Shown piece by piece: positions 14,698 to 25,241 of a stretch of DNA of 64,000 bases. This DNA comes from a virus, in IMG/VR virus record IMGVR_UViG_3300036761_003779, positions 32,001 to 96,000 of that record; one strand, 5' to 3'. The notes beneath the pieces were generated by a model, which was given only the letters and a program-made list of their open reading frames with translations, searched no databases and was not told the origin of the DNA. Position numbers and translations under genes: made by a program. The stretch's first letter is position 1; each line of letters begins with the position of its first letter.

Positions 14698-17211
14698 CTA
14701 CTCCTTCGGCCCGGCAACGATGATCTCGTCCCAGACCTCCATGTGGTCTACCTCGAAGCGGCGGACGTTCGTCCCCAGGACGCCGACCTGGCTCACGTGG
14801 AGGAAGGGCTGAACCCGCTTGTCCAGCCAGTCGGAGGCGCCCAGGCCGGCGAGACGGATATTCAGGGCGCTCACGGAGGACATCCCGGTCATCCAGTAGC
14901 TGATCGAGTTGACGGAGGTGTCCACCTCGAAGTAGAACTCCAGCCAGCCGGAGTCGTTGTTCGTGTTCCCGGAGGAGTCGAAGGTGGCCGCCGGTGCGCT
15001 GTTGTCGACCGGCCCGCCGGTTGAGCAGCGGGAGAACAGCTCCCAGTTCGCGCCGACGTTAGCGGTGTCATAGACCCGGAACTGGATGCACTCCGTTGTG
15101 GTCAGGCTGTTGAAGATCCCGAGCCCGTACCAGACGCACTGGTTGACCTGAATGGGGCGCGCCCGGGCGTAGAAGCGGAGCCGGCGGTAAACCGCCCCGG
15201 AGGTCCGGAGGATCCAGCAAGCCGGCCCCTCCCAGGAGAGCCCGTCCCCGGAGGCAATCCCCGCCGTGTCGATGTGGAGGATGTCCCCCTGACCCTGCAT
15301 CCCGGTGCCAAAGATGTTCGTGTCGTTGAAGGAGGACGTCCCGCCGTTCCCCCAGGTTCGCGCCCACCACCGCTCGCTCCCCGGGAGCCCGATGGCCGAC
15401 TCCGCGTAGTCGAAGCGGTCGACGAAGCGGTGGACGTCCGCCATCCGGCCGAAGGGCGTCCAGCGCATGATCTCCGTCCCGCGCTCGTCGAAGAGCCCAA
15501 CCTGCCGGGTGGAGGGCTTCCCGAAGATGGGACCACTCGTCTGCTGCATTGGCTTGACGTTGAGCGCGTACTTGTCCGCCGCGCCCGACCCCTGAACCAG
15601 GGTCCGGAGGTCCAGGCCGCACTTCGTGTGAACCCCGGACTCCGCACCCACCGTCCCGATCCACTGCCCCAGTTGGAGGCGGCCACCCGGGCTCCCGTAG
15701 GCGGGCGCGTCGAAGTCGAGGCTCAGGAGGTCCCGCTGGTCCATCATCCCGGTCGTTGAGCTGATCCGGTTGTTCTTGGCGTTGACTAGCTTCCCGTAGC
15801 CGCGGCTCGGGGCAAGTGTGAGCATCGGCGTGCTGCTCCCGTTCCCGTCGATCCCGGGGAGGAGGAGCCCGAGCCAGTGGAGGATCGTCGAGGGTGCCGC
15901 GGAGGGCAGACCGTTGGAGAAGACCATGCGCGGCTGCATCACGGAAGCGACCTGACCGGTGAGTGCCGGCCAGGCCGGGGTGACTCCCGTCTGGAAGTCC
16001 CGGCATGCGACGGTGTTCGCCCCGACGCTGACGAAGGCGTACACGCCCGCGTAGGCGCCCGTCTTGAGCCAAATGAACTGAACGTCCTTGTCCAGGTACC
16101 AGGCCAACGGGTTGGCGGAGGCGAAGGTGATCGTGTCCCCGGAGATGCTGCAGTTCTCGTTCCGGATCCCCCCGAACTCCTGGCAGAGCAGGAGCGGGAC
16201 GGAGGAGACGTCCCCCATGAGGACCTCCAGGCTGAGCTGGAAGTAGTCGGTGCTGGCGAGCCGGCTGAGTCGGAGCTGCGCATTGTGGAGGTCGTCCGGT
16301 CCGGCGGAATCCGTGTTCATCTCCACCGCGCCGGCGTCCACCTCGATGGCGCGTCCGGAGCCCGCGGAGCCCGTACCGTCGTAGGCCAGGTCGAGGGTCG
16401 GCGGCATGAGGCCTGCCGTCACGTCGATCTGCCCCGCCGTGCTGAAGGCCACCGGCGTCCCGCCGGCACCCACGCCCGTCACCGAGCCGAGGTAGACGTA
16501 GGGATCCGTCACGCTCAGGTCCGTGTTCCTCCGGACCGTCACCCCGGTGGCCGCCGCCGTATAGTCGGTGGCCAGGACGGAGGCGGAGCCGCTCCCCTGC
16601 CCGAGGAGCCCGGTCGTCACGACCACGTTTTGTCCGCCGGTCCACTGCACCGGGAGGTCCCGCTCGATGGCAACGTCCTCCTCCACGGTCTTCGGGGAGT
16701 TCAGCCACACCGTGACCTTCCGGCCGGCGTGGGAGACCCCGGACTCGAAGAGGGCGTCCACCACGAAGCGGAGCGTCCCGGCCACCTCCGTTACGCTGTT
16801 CGGGTTCCCGGAGAGCCCGATCCGGTCCTCCAGCATGTCGTAGTCGAGGAGCCCGGTCCGCGGGTTCCGGTCGATCCCCGTCGGGGTGAGGCAATGCCGC
16901 ACGGCCGCGTAGTAGGTGACCCCCACCGTGTTCTGGAACTGGATCCCCGTCGCGTCCCCGGACGCGAGGGTGAGGATCAGGACGTGCCCCTCCCCGTCGA
17001 GGCACTCGACCGGGAGCGCGTCCACCTTGAACTTGTCCGCCCCGTCCGCGGAGAGGGTGGCGGTCCCGAAGACCCCGCGGCGGCCGCCAACCACCCGGTG
17101 GAGGGTCTCGTACAGCTCCTCTGCCAGGTAGTCAAAGAAGGTGTCCTTGAACCGCGTCTGCGGGAGGTGCCGCTTGTCCGCGAAGTTTGTCCTGAGGTTC
17201 CCGGTTGGCAT
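14698..17211 (-). CDS. Tail fibre / receptor-binding protein
   Basis: 837 aa, Gly/Thr/Ser-rich beta composition; TLDLAYD fibre motif; lectin-like C-terminus; directly after the gpI-like gene. Confidence 0.65.
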   Translation of the reverse strand: MPTGNLRTNFADKRHLPQTRFKDTFFDYLAEELYETLHRVVGGRRGVFGTATLSADGADKFKVDALPVECLDGEGHVLILTLASGDATGIQFQNTVGVTYYAAVRHCLTPTGIDRNPRTGLLDYDMLEDRIGLSGNPNSVTEVAGTLRFVVDALFESGVSHAGRKVTVWLNSPKTVEEDVAIERDLPVQWTGGQNVVVTTGLLGQGSGSASVLATDYTAAATGVTVRRNTDLSVTDPYVYLGSVTGVGAGGTPVAFSTAGQIDVTAGLMPPTLDLAYDGTGSAGSGRAIEVDAGAVEMNTDSAGPDDLHNAQLRLSRLASTDYFQLSLEVLMGDVSSVPLLLCQEFGGIRNENCSISGDTITFASANPLAWYLDKDVQFIWLKTGAYAGVYAFVSVGANTVACRDFQTGVTPAWPALTGQVASVMQPRMVFSNGLPSAAPSTILHWLGLLLPGIDGNGSSTPMLTLAPSRGYGKLVNAKNNRISSTTGMMDQRDLLSLDFDAPAYGSPGGRLQLGQWIGTVGAESGVHTKCGLDLRTLVQGSGAADKYALNVKPMQQTSGPIFGKPSTRQVGLFDERGTEIMRWTPFGRMADVHRFVDRFDYAESAIGLPGSERWWARTWGNGGTSSFNDTNIFGTGMQGQGDILHIDTAGIASGDGLSWEGPACWILRTSGAVYRRLRFYARARPIQVNQCVWYGLGIFNSLTTTECIQFRVYDTANVGANWELFSRCSTGGPVDNSAPAATFDSSGNTNNDSGWLEFYFEVDTSVNSISYWMTGMSSVSALNIRLAGLGASDWLDKRVQPFLHVSQVGVLGTNVRRFEVDHMEVWDEIIVAGPKE

Positions 17212-17220
17212 GTCTTCTCC

Positions 17221-18756
17221 TTATGACGGCCCGCCGCCCGTCCCGTAGATCCCGATGGACATCTCCGGGCCGATCCGGACGGACTCGAGTGGGTGCCGGA
17301 ACATCTCCACGTAGGTAGCCGTGAGACGCTGGGACGTCCCGGCGGCCAGCTCCAGGCACCCGGAGACCAGAGCGGAGTCCGTGACCTCCCCCAGGTGCTT
17401 CCCGTCCAGCTCCGCCTGGATGAGGTTCCCGCCACCGCTGACCGGGGTCACGTCCACGGCAAAGGTGTAGTTCAGGTCGAAGTGGAAGACCGGGAGCGGG
17501 ACCGTCAGGAGGGAGGTCCGCGCGCCGGCCAGGACCCGATCGACCGTCACGGTGGCGCCGACCCCGCCCGTGGCGGTGAGGCGCAGCGCGTAGAAGTTGG
17601 AGGCGTCCTGGTGGTAAAAGCGGAACTCCCCCCAGCGCCCGACCACGTTCATCCCCAGCCGGAACCGCGCCAGGGCGTAGTAGTTGACCCAGGTCCCGGA
17701 GTTGTCCCGATCCACCCGGATCACGGAGTCCTCGACGCCGCTCAGGAGCTGGACCTCCCCCGCGTCCTGGTCCGAGGTCGCCTCCCCGGAGACAACGGTC
17801 CAGTCGAAGGTCCGCCGGAAGGAGTCCAGGAAGGTCACGTATCGGATGAAGATCCGCTCATTGGCCGAGCGGAGGACCCGGGTCAGGTTCTCGACCAGCT
17901 CCCGGTTCAGGTCCCCGTTGTCCGGGACCCGGAGGTCCGAGCAGTACTCGTCCGGGTCCACGCCCACCCGGTAGCTGTTCTCGAAGAGGGGCTCGCCCCC
18001 GGGCGCCAGGCCCAGTGCGACGGAGGGCGTGCTGACCTTGTTCTCCAGGGTCAGCGGATCCCAGTAGGAGGTGAGCGTGGCCACCACCCCCCGGGTCGTC
18101 AGACAGGTGACGCGGACCCGATGTGGGACCGCTTCCCCGCTCCCCAGGAGCCCGTTCACGCTGAAGTGGATTAGCCCGGGTCCGACCACCGTGACCTCGT
18201 CCGGCGGGATGGAGACCTCCATCCCCGGCGCGTCGATGAGCCACGGGTCCACGTCCGGGATCTCCTCGAAGCCCAGCTCCGCGGAGTCGACCAGGACCCT
18301 GAAGAGGAAGTAGTTGACGATCCGGACCTCCCCCACCATGACCGCCTCGAGGACCTCCTGGAGGCCCGCCTCCGTCCCCTTCCGCTTCCAGGTCCGGACG
18401 GCCATTGCGACGAGCCGCCGCAGCTCCGCCTCCGTGAGGTTCCCGGTGAGGTAGTCCAGGGTGGAGGTCAGGCCGACGAGCCACTTGACGTGCTTCAGCG
18501 CCGCCAGGGTGGTGTGCTCCACGTCGTAGAGGAGACGGAGGGTCTGAACCCGCTCGTACGTGTCCTCGAACTCGCTCTGCGCCGCCGCCAGCCAGCGGAG
18601 GATCAGCTCCCCTCCCTCCGCCTTGTCCGAGTCCCGGAGGGACTGGATGAGCATCATGTAGATGTCGTGCGGGAACGCCTCCGCCTCCATCGTCCGGTAG
18701 GCGATAAAGGAGATCGCGGAGGGGTCGATGGGATTGTTGACAAGGTCGGAGATCAT
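17221..18756 (-). CDS. Baseplate wedge protein, P2 gpI-like, with C-terminal lectin-like domain
   Basis: LYDVEHT...LKHVKWLVG...RRLVAMAVRTWKRKGTEAGL signature; C-terminal WVNY...FRFYHQDASNFYAL beta sandwich. Confidence 0.75.
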   Translation of the reverse strand: MISDLVNNPIDPSAISFIAYRTMEAEAFPHDIYMMLIQSLRDSDKAEGGELILRWLAAAQSEFEDTYERVQTLRLLYDVEHTTLAALKHVKWLVGLTSTLDYLTGNLTEAELRRLVAMAVRTWKRKGTEAGLQEVLEAVMVGEVRIVNYFLFRVLVDSAELGFEEIPDVDPWLIDAPGMEVSIPPDEVTVVGPGLIHFSVNGLLGSGEAVPHRVRVTCLTTRGVVATLTSYWDPLTLENKVSTPSVALGLAPGGEPLFENSYRVGVDPDEYCSDLRVPDNGDLNRELVENLTRVLRSANERIFIRYVTFLDSFRRTFDWTVVSGEATSDQDAGEVQLLSGVEDSVIRVDRDNSGTWVNYYALARFRLGMNVVGRWGEFRFYHQDASNFYALRLTATGGVGATVTVDRVLAGARTSLLTVPLPVFHFDLNYTFAVDVTPVSGGGNLIQAELDGKHLGEVTDSALVSGCLELAAGTSQRLTATYVEMFRHPLESVRIGPEMSIGIYGTGGGPS

Positions 18757-18766
18757 GCGTCCCTCC

Positions 18767-20155
18767 TCACGGCTCCGCCTTGACGGAGAGCTGGTACGAC
18801 GCTCCCAACGTCTGCGGCGTGGTGATCACCTTCACGCGGTCCGGGGCAATCCGCTCCACGATCTCCGCGCGGAGCCCGCCCGAGAAGACGTAGGCGGAGG
18901 GGTTGATGAGGTCCGCGTTGTCCGCCATCTCCCGGTCGAAGGCCACCTCCAGGGTCCGGGAGCTGGTGGCGACGACGGAGGTTACACGCGGGTGGGAGAC
19001 CACCGCCATGTAGTCCGAGAGCGCCCCCGTGATGGAGGCCCCGGTGACCGTCTCGAGGTCCCCGACCACCTCCAGTCGGTACGCCTCACCGTCCGTCGTG
19101 AGCGGGATGATCAGCCGCACCGTCGTGGAGTTGACGACCACCACCGCGGTCGGGTGGAAGACCCCGGCGGGGAGGCCAATGTACAGCGCTGTCAGCTCGT
19201 AGCTAAGTGGGTCCCGGAGGGCGTCCCCGGGCTCCCCGAGCAGCTCCATGGCGTAGGCAAAGTGGAGCGTGATCTCGCTGTCCCCCGTCTGATCCGTGGT
19301 GATAAACCCGGTGACGTTGAAGGTCTGGAAGGAGTAGACCGTCATGCCCGCGTTCGGGATCGGGGAGGCGTTGTCCTGCGCGGTTACGCGGACCCGACAG
19401 AGCATGTCCGGCTCGAACGGGACAACGTGCTCGATCCAGTAGCGGTAGCCGTTCGGGAGCGCGGTCCGCGAGGCCGGGTAGCCCGGCTGCTCCGCGTCGT
19501 TCTGCCAGATCGTCTCCCAGGTCCCGGCGCCGCGGTCCAGCTCGATCTTGGTGGCGTCGACGTTCACGCCCGTCTCATCGTCGACAACCTCCAGGATGAT
19601 GTCCGCGTCCAGGGCGACGATGGCCTGACCCGGATAGGGGTCCTGGTTCTGGAGCACCGGCGGGTCGATGTCCGGGTCGATGTCGATGGACGTGTCCGCC
19701 TGGAAGCCGGCAGCGAGGCCCCAGAACTCGTGGAGCGTCGAGGCGTCCGGGAGGTCCGTCCCGCCGACGGTGGTGAACTCCACCTGCGGCGTCGTCCCGT
19801 CCCCGCCCACGACCACGTGCCCGTAGGTGTCAGTCAGGTGCCGGACGAGGAGGGTATATTCCCGCGGCCGGACCGGGAACTCCTCCGTGACCAGGTCGAC
19901 CGTGGCGGAGTTGACCAGCTCAACCCAGAGGACGTACAGGCGCCGCCCGGTCTCCTTCTCCCGGAGGTGGTAGTTGTCCGGGTTCCCGATGAGGGAGGAG
20001 GCCGGGTCCACGCTCAGCGGCCACTCGAAGGTCACGCGGCAGCGGCAGGAGAGCCCCGTGGCGCTCGCCCCCGTGACCTCCGTCCCAACAGGCTCTATGC
20101 CCTCCGAGAGGGTGAGGACGTCCGCCCCGAAGGAAAAGGCGTTCACGATCCTCAT
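18767..20155 (-). CDS. Ig-like domain virion protein
   Basis: Repeated beta-sandwich segments (PPVLQNQDP..., PRVTSVVATSSRTLEVAFDREM). Confidence 0.55.
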   Translation of the reverse strand: MRIVNAFSFGADVLTLSEGIEPVGTEVTGASATGLSCRCRVTFEWPLSVDPASSLIGNPDNYHLREKETGRRLYVLWVELVNSATVDLVTEEFPVRPREYTLLVRHLTDTYGHVVVGGDGTTPQVEFTTVGGTDLPDASTLHEFWGLAAGFQADTSIDIDPDIDPPVLQNQDPYPGQAIVALDADIILEVVDDETGVNVDATKIELDRGAGTWETIWQNDAEQPGYPASRTALPNGYRYWIEHVVPFEPDMLCRVRVTAQDNASPIPNAGMTVYSFQTFNVTGFITTDQTGDSEITLHFAYAMELLGEPGDALRDPLSYELTALYIGLPAGVFHPTAVVVVNSTTVRLIIPLTTDGEAYRLEVVGDLETVTGASITGALSDYMAVVSHPRVTSVVATSSRTLEVAFDREMADNADLINPSAYVFSGGLRAEIVERIAPDRVKVITTPQTLGASYQLSVKAEP

Positions 20156-22593
20156 GAGAGCACCCCCAGCGCGTAGGTGTGCCGCGCGTCCTCGGTCAGA
20201 AGCCCCTCCGCCCAGACCGTGTGCGTGTTCAGGTGGATGACCACGACCCGGTTGACGGCCTGGCCCCAGTCAAGGTTGCAGACCAGGAACTCGTCAGAGC
20301 CGTCCCGCGCGTAGGCGATGGCGGAGACCGCCAGGAAGGGCGGGAGGATGTCGTGGTTGGACCCGGGCTTGTAGACCGGGCAGCCGTACTCGAACGCCCA
20401 CGCCCCGGGCCACTCCGAGACGTAGATCCCGTCGTCCGTGGCCACGTACAGCCGCGTGGGGGAGGGGCGGAGGGCCAGCCGCCACTGGGCCACGTACGAG
20501 GCCGGGTAGTGCGGCCACTCCTTCATGTACTGCGTGGCAAACGGGAAGCCGTCGAAGCCCGCCTCCCAGGCGGTCTTGGGGGCGGAGCGGATCCTCCGCG
20601 TGCTTGTCTCGATCCAGAGGACCTGTCCGGAGGGGTCGAAGGCGCACCACTCCACGCCGTCCTCGTCCACGGAGTAGGTGCTCTCCGGGTTCGGGGCGGC
20701 CGCCAGGAAGTTGCCGGGCTTCGAGCGGAAGATCTCCAGGCCGAGGCCGCCGCCCACCGCCCAGTGAAGGTAGCCCCCGGAGTCCTCCTGGTCGTAGAGC
20801 GCGACGGAGTTGCTCCCGTAGGTCTTCACCGCCCAGTCGTCGTAGTCCCCCTGGTACCCCTTCCCGGCGTTTCGGTGGACCAGCGCCCCGGAGGCGTGCT
20901 GGCTCCCGCAGTAGAAGCCCCCGCAGATCGTCGAGGCCGCCAGCCGGTGAATCCGCGCCCGGTCCAGGCGGAAGTCGATGAGGATGGCCCCACCCTCGAC
21001 CGTCCAGGAGCAGCCCACGCTGTAGGAGATCAGGAGGACCCCGTTGCACCACGCGACCCGGTGGACGTAAGGGCTCGAGCCGTCGTGGAGGAGGTTGTTC
21101 GTCCCCCGGTTGAAGCCCATCCAGAGCTTCTTCGCCGCCGCGTCCATCAGCTCGATGGAGGTGGCGGTTGTCAGCACGGCCAGCTCCGCCGGCATGTCCG
21201 CCAGGAGGCCGCGCTCCGCGCCCGCGACCGCCCCCTCCCGGTACCAGCCGGCCCGGTTGGACGTCAGGCCGGAGTTGATGGCGAAGCTCGAGAACTTCAC
21301 GGAGCCCGTCCGGGAGGCGGACCCATCCATCCCAAGGTGGACGTAGACGTCCCCCTGCAGCGACGCGTGGGTGTAGTTGCTCCCAACCTGGACCCACGTG
21401 GCGCCGCTCCAGCGGTAGCCGGAGAGCGTCCCGGCAACCCGGGTGATCCGCAGCTTCCCGGAGACGTCCGAGGTCGTGAAGGTCCCGAGGGAGACCCAGG
21501 TCCCGGACTGCTCCCGCGCCGCCTCGTAGCGCCCGCCGGAGACGTTCCCGCGCCGCTGGATCTGGAAGTCGTTCGACCCACCGGCGCCGCCCACGTTGGC
21601 GGCAACGAACATGATCGCGGTGATCTCGTCCCCGCTGACCGTGTAGGCGGCGAAGTCGGCCTGGATGTCGAAGTCCCCCGTCAGGAGGACCCACTTCAGG
21701 TCGGAGGTCACGCGCGCGGTCTGGTAGCCCCAGGCCGGCGTCCCAAGGTGCGTGAACGTCAGCTCCCCGTCCGCGGTCAGCGTCGCGGTCCCGTAGGCGT
21801 CCGACCACCCAAGCGGGTCCTCCCCCGGGAAGCGCCACGCCAGCCGGTTCTTCCCGCCCGCCATCGACCCGAAGCCGCCCGGCCCGCACTCCTCCCCGTG
21901 GTCGTAGAAGCGCCCGTTGCGTGCCGCCCCCGTGTGCCCGAGGCCCGGCGTCCCGAACGTCCCCCGCGTCGTGTCGACGAGGATGGCGTCGTAGTGCCAG
22001 GCCGCGTTCGCCGTCTCCCGCCCGTCCGCGTCGTAGATGTCGTCCCCCCAGTCCGAGAGCCCGGAGCCCGGGAGGGACAGCTCCCAGTTGAGGGTGTCCT
22101 CCGCCCCGCCGCGGTCCAGGGCGCCGAGGAGGACGCCCCGGCTCTCCCCCGCGACGGCGTCGTGGAGCAGGATCCGGTCCGCCGGGCGCGTGAACTCGAC
22201 CGCGCCCGCGAAGAGGTGGACCAGCCGGTCCTCCAGGCTCCCCGCCTGCGCGCTCTCGTCCGCCCGGGACATGAGCTGGTCGCCGAGCGTGAGCGGGTCC
22301 GCGCCCCAGAGCCGCGGCTGCCGCGGGTCGAGCCCGGGGTTAAGGAGCGCCGCCGCGTCGAAGGCCCCGGCCCCGGGGTCCGGGCCGCTCGGGGTCCCCG
22401 CCCCGTCGTCACCCGTCACGTCCAGCGGGCTCCGGCTCGCCCGCCCCGGAACGCGCTGGCCCATCCCGGCCGCCTGCCCGCCCACGCCCTCCGCGGCCGC
22501 CGGCCCGCCCGCGTCCGCCTGCTCCCCGGCGTCAAACGCCCCGCCGCCGGGGTAGGAGTTGGTGGGGAAGTTGTCTCGCTCTTGGTCCGCCAT
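20152..22593 (-). CDS. Large virion protein with lectin-like and beta-propeller-like regions; paralogue of 22595-24322
   Basis: LLTGDFDIQADF...GKLRITR lectin-like part; RGLLADMP...LWMGF...NGVL...GGAILIDFR shared with its neighbour. Confidence 0.55.
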   Translation of the reverse strand: MADQERDNFPTNSYPGGGAFDAGEQADAGGPAAAEGVGGQAAGMGQRVPGRASRSPLDVTGDDGAGTPSGPDPGAGAFDAAALLNPGLDPRQPRLWGADPLTLGDQLMSRADESAQAGSLEDRLVHLFAGAVEFTRPADRILLHDAVAGESRGVLLGALDRGGAEDTLNWELSLPGSGLSDWGDDIYDADGRETANAAWHYDAILVDTTRGTFGTPGLGHTGAARNGRFYDHGEECGPGGFGSMAGGKNRLAWRFPGEDPLGWSDAYGTATLTADGELTFTHLGTPAWGYQTARVTSDLKWVLLTGDFDIQADFAAYTVSGDEITAIMFVAANVGGAGGSNDFQIQRRGNVSGGRYEAAREQSGTWVSLGTFTTSDVSGKLRITRVAGTLSGYRWSGATWVQVGSNYTHASLQGDVYVHLGMDGSASRTGSVKFSSFAINSGLTSNRAGWYREGAVAGAERGLLADMPAELAVLTTATSIELMDAAAKKLWMGFNRGTNNLLHDGSSPYVHRVAWCNGVLLISYSVGCSWTVEGGAILIDFRLDRARIHRLAASTICGGFYCGSQHASGALVHRNAGKGYQGDYDDWAVKTYGSNSVALYDQEDSGGYLHWAVGGGLGLEIFRSKPGNFLAAAPNPESTYSVDEDGVEWCAFDPSGQVLWIETSTRRIRSAPKTAWEAGFDGFPFATQYMKEWPHYPASYVAQWRLALRPSPTRLYVATDDGIYVSEWPGAWAFEYGCPVYKPGSNHDILPPFLAVSAIAYARDGSDEFLVCNLDWGQAVNRVVVIHLNTHTVWAEGLLTEDARHTYALGVLS

Positions 22594-22594
22594 G

Positions 22595-24322
22595 TCACAC
22601 CACCAGGAAGCCGTGCGCGGTCATCGCGCCCGCCTCCTCCAGGGTTGGGTGCGTCACCGCCCGGATGACCACGTCGTCGTGGCACCGGACCGCGAAGGCG
22701 CCGCCCAGTGGCCAGGAGGAACCGACGAGGTAGTCCGTCTTGAGCGCGCGGAGGAGCTGGATCCGCTGGACCGCCGCGGTCTCCCCCGGGAGGACCTCCC
22801 CGCCGGGCGGGCTCCCAAAGACCCCGCCCCCGCCGCCGCCCGCGATCGTGTAGCAGAGGTCGTACCCAAGGGAGACCCGGTGGACCCGCCAGACCCCGGA
22901 GGCGCCCCCGCAGTACACGTGGTTGGCGCCAACCGCGAGGGAGGTGACCGCCTCCGGAAGCTCCACCGCGGCGGAGATCCGGCCCCGGAGGTCCCCATGC
23001 CCGGCGGTGAGCGGGTCCACGAGGACCCCGCGCCGGTAGTCTAGGCCGGCGCGGATCAGCCGGTTCTGCTGGCTCCACCACATCTCCCCGGACCGCCCGA
23101 AGGCCACCCGCCGGATGTCCCCGACGTTGTAGACGAGGGCGGAGGGATTCTGCCAGTACTGGAACTGACCCGCGTTATTGAGGAACTCGACGACCTCCAG
23201 CCCGTCCTCCCCGACCTGCGCCGCCCAGGCCCGCCGCGGGTCCGCCGGGTCGACGGAGACCGCCAGCGCGTGGACGTCCTCGTTGTTGATCCAGAGGGAG
23301 GGGGAGACCCCCGTGGGCGTCCACGGGTTCCCCGTGTTCCGGTTGACGATGGTCTGCCCGGCGGTCAGCCACCAGTGCCCGTCCGCGCGGATCAGCTGAC
23401 CCGCGTTCTGCCCGGTGGCCTTGAAGTCCACCGCGAACAGGCCGCCGTTCTCCCAGGAGTTGGTCCGCATGCCCGCGTACAGGACCCCGTTGACCATGCA
23501 GACGTCCCGGACGGACTCCACGCCCCGGCCCAGGAAGTGGAACTCCGTGGAGGTCGCACTGTTCCCCAGCCTGAACCGCATCCAGACCGTCAGCGTCCCG
23601 CCGGCGTGGTAGAGGTCCAGGTCGTAGATCACCACCTCCAGCCGGTCGACGATGATCAGGGCCAGGTCCGGGAAGTCGTCCCGGACCCCGCGGTCCTGGG
23701 AGGACGCCTCGGACGCCCAGGGCGCCCAGACCGGCCCCGCGTCCTCCACGCCGTTCGTGTACTTCTTCCCGTTCTGCGCGTAGCCGGAGAAGCCGCCCGC
23801 CGTCGGGGTGTGCCAGGCGTCCTTCGTCGCGTCGTAGACGAAGGCCCGGTACACCCAGTACGTCGTCAGGTGCTGATGCCCGTCCGCGTCGAGGGTCGGG
23901 AGCTGCGCGTTGTACTGCGGGTCCGCCCCCTGCCACCGGCGGTCCCGGTCGAGCGGCGCCGTCACCCCCTGCACGCCGTTCTGGTTCTCGGAGGAGAACC
24001 AGGCCCGCGTCGACAGCTGCAGCTCCACCGTCGGCGCCGCGTCGCTGTACCCCACCCCCGCCGCGCGCGTGCCGTCCGCCTCCGCGGCGTCCGCCTCCGC
24101 GGAGCCCTCCGGGAGCCGGAGGCCCGTAGAGAACTCCGGCTGCGGGCGCCTCGGTCCGCCGGCGTCCAGGAAGCGGTAGGCGTCGCATGCGCCGGCCGCG
24201 GGCTTTGGCCCCACCTCCTCCCCCGCCGGCGCCTCCGCCGGCCCGGGGAGGATCTTCTGGAGGTCCTTCCCGATGTCGAGGAGGAGCCGGTCCTCCAGGG
24301 CTCCTGCGCACGTCCTAGCCAC
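22595..24322 (-). CDS. Beta-propeller-like virion protein
   Basis: RGVRDDFP...VWMRF...NGVL...GGLFAVDFK; GGAGG before GTG. Confidence 0.55.
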   Translation of the reverse strand: MARTCAGALEDRLLLDIGKDLQKILPGPAEAPAGEEVGPKPAAGACDAYRFLDAGGPRRPQPEFSTGLRLPEGSAEADAAEADGTRAAGVGYSDAAPTVELQLSTRAWFSSENQNGVQGVTAPLDRDRRWQGADPQYNAQLPTLDADGHQHLTTYWVYRAFVYDATKDAWHTPTAGGFSGYAQNGKKYTNGVEDAGPVWAPWASEASSQDRGVRDDFPDLALIIVDRLEVVIYDLDLYHAGGTLTVWMRFRLGNSATSTEFHFLGRGVESVRDVCMVNGVLYAGMRTNSWENGGLFAVDFKATGQNAGQLIRADGHWWLTAGQTIVNRNTGNPWTPTGVSPSLWINNEDVHALAVSVDPADPRRAWAAQVGEDGLEVVEFLNNAGQFQYWQNPSALVYNVGDIRRVAFGRSGEMWWSQQNRLIRAGLDYRRGVLVDPLTAGHGDLRGRISAAVELPEAVTSLAVGANHVYCGGASGVWRVHRVSLGYDLCYTIAGGGGGGVFGSPPGGEVLPGETAAVQRIQLLRALKTDYLVGSSWPLGGAFAVRCHDDVVIRAVTHPTLEEAGAMTAHGFLVV

Positions 24323-24572
24323 CGACTACCTCCGTGAACCCGTCGCTCCAGACCTTCATATCCCCCTCCCCGGAGGAGACGAGCGCGGTCACTGCCGGGA
24401 TCCCCGCCCATGCCGTGGCCGGGTCCGCCTCAAAGACCGCGGAGATCTCGTCCCCCGGGAAGTCCGCCGCCGTGGCGTCCCTCGCCGCCTGCGCCGCCCC
24501 GGCGTCCTCGTGCGGTCCCATGACGCCCCAGCCGTGCTCCCCGGCCCGCTTCCAGCTGTAGAAGTGCTTCAC
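24315..24572 (-). CDS. Hypothetical protein
   Basis: GGAGG RBS; tiles with its neighbours. Confidence 0.55.
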   Translation of the reverse strand: MKHFYSWKRAGEHGWGVMGPHEDAGAAQAARDATAADFPGDEISAVFEADPATAWAGIPAVTALVSSGEGDMKVWSDGFTEVVGG

Positions 24573-24585
24573 GACGCGCCTCCTC

Positions 24586-25230
24586 TCAGATCGTCACCAG
24601 CTTCAGGGTGTACTCGATGAGTAGCACCTGACTGGCCGTCTTGTTGATGATCACCGCCCGCCCCGCGGCGTCCTTGATCCGGACGCGGCAGATACGGGCG
24701 CGGCTCACATACCCTGCCACGGAGTCCGCGTCCGCGGCAAAGTGGATCCCCACGGACCTGATGTCGCTGGAGACCCCCTCCGAGGGGAGGAATAACCACC
24801 GGCTCCGGCACTCCACCGACTCCCGCCCATCCCCGGCCACCGCGATCCGGGTGGTCTCGATCACGTCCTCGACGAACCGCTTGCCCCCACCCCCCGCCGT
24901 CTCCGCCTGGGTGTACATAGTCTCGTAGTAGCCGGTGGCAAGCTCCTCGTACGTGGGCTCGGAGGCGGTCGTCATCAGGGTAACGATCCCGAGTGCCGCG
25001 GCCGCCGTCCCGCCAAGGTCGAAGGGGTCCGTCACGTCCGGACCGCCCATCAGCTGGGAGAAGAGGAAGGCCGCGAAGTTGTCGAAAACCAGGTTCCGCG
25101 CCCGGTATCCCCCCAGGAGCGGGAGCCCGCGGAGGAGGGCGTCCGCCTCCCCCCGCCGGAGCGCCGCGCGGAAGTCCGCGTCCCGGAGTCCCCGGGCGTC
25201 GCGGTGGGTCAGTTCGAAGGTCCCTTGCAT
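24586..25230 (-). CDS. Tail/baseplate accessory protein, paralogue of 25242-25877
   Basis: Shared RWLFLPSEGVSSDIRS and IINKT..VLL.EY. Confidence 0.6.
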   Translation of the reverse strand: MQGTFELTHRDARGLRDADFRAALRRGEADALLRGLPLLGGYRARNLVFDNFAAFLFSQLMGGPDVTDPFDLGGTAAAALGIVTLMTTASEPTYEELATGYYETMYTQAETAGGGGKRFVEDVIETTRIAVAGDGRESVECRSRWLFLPSEGVSSDIRSVGIHFAADADSVAGYVSRARICRVRIKDAAGRAVIINKTASQVLLIEYTLKLVTI

Positions 25231-25241
25231 GGCCGCCCCTC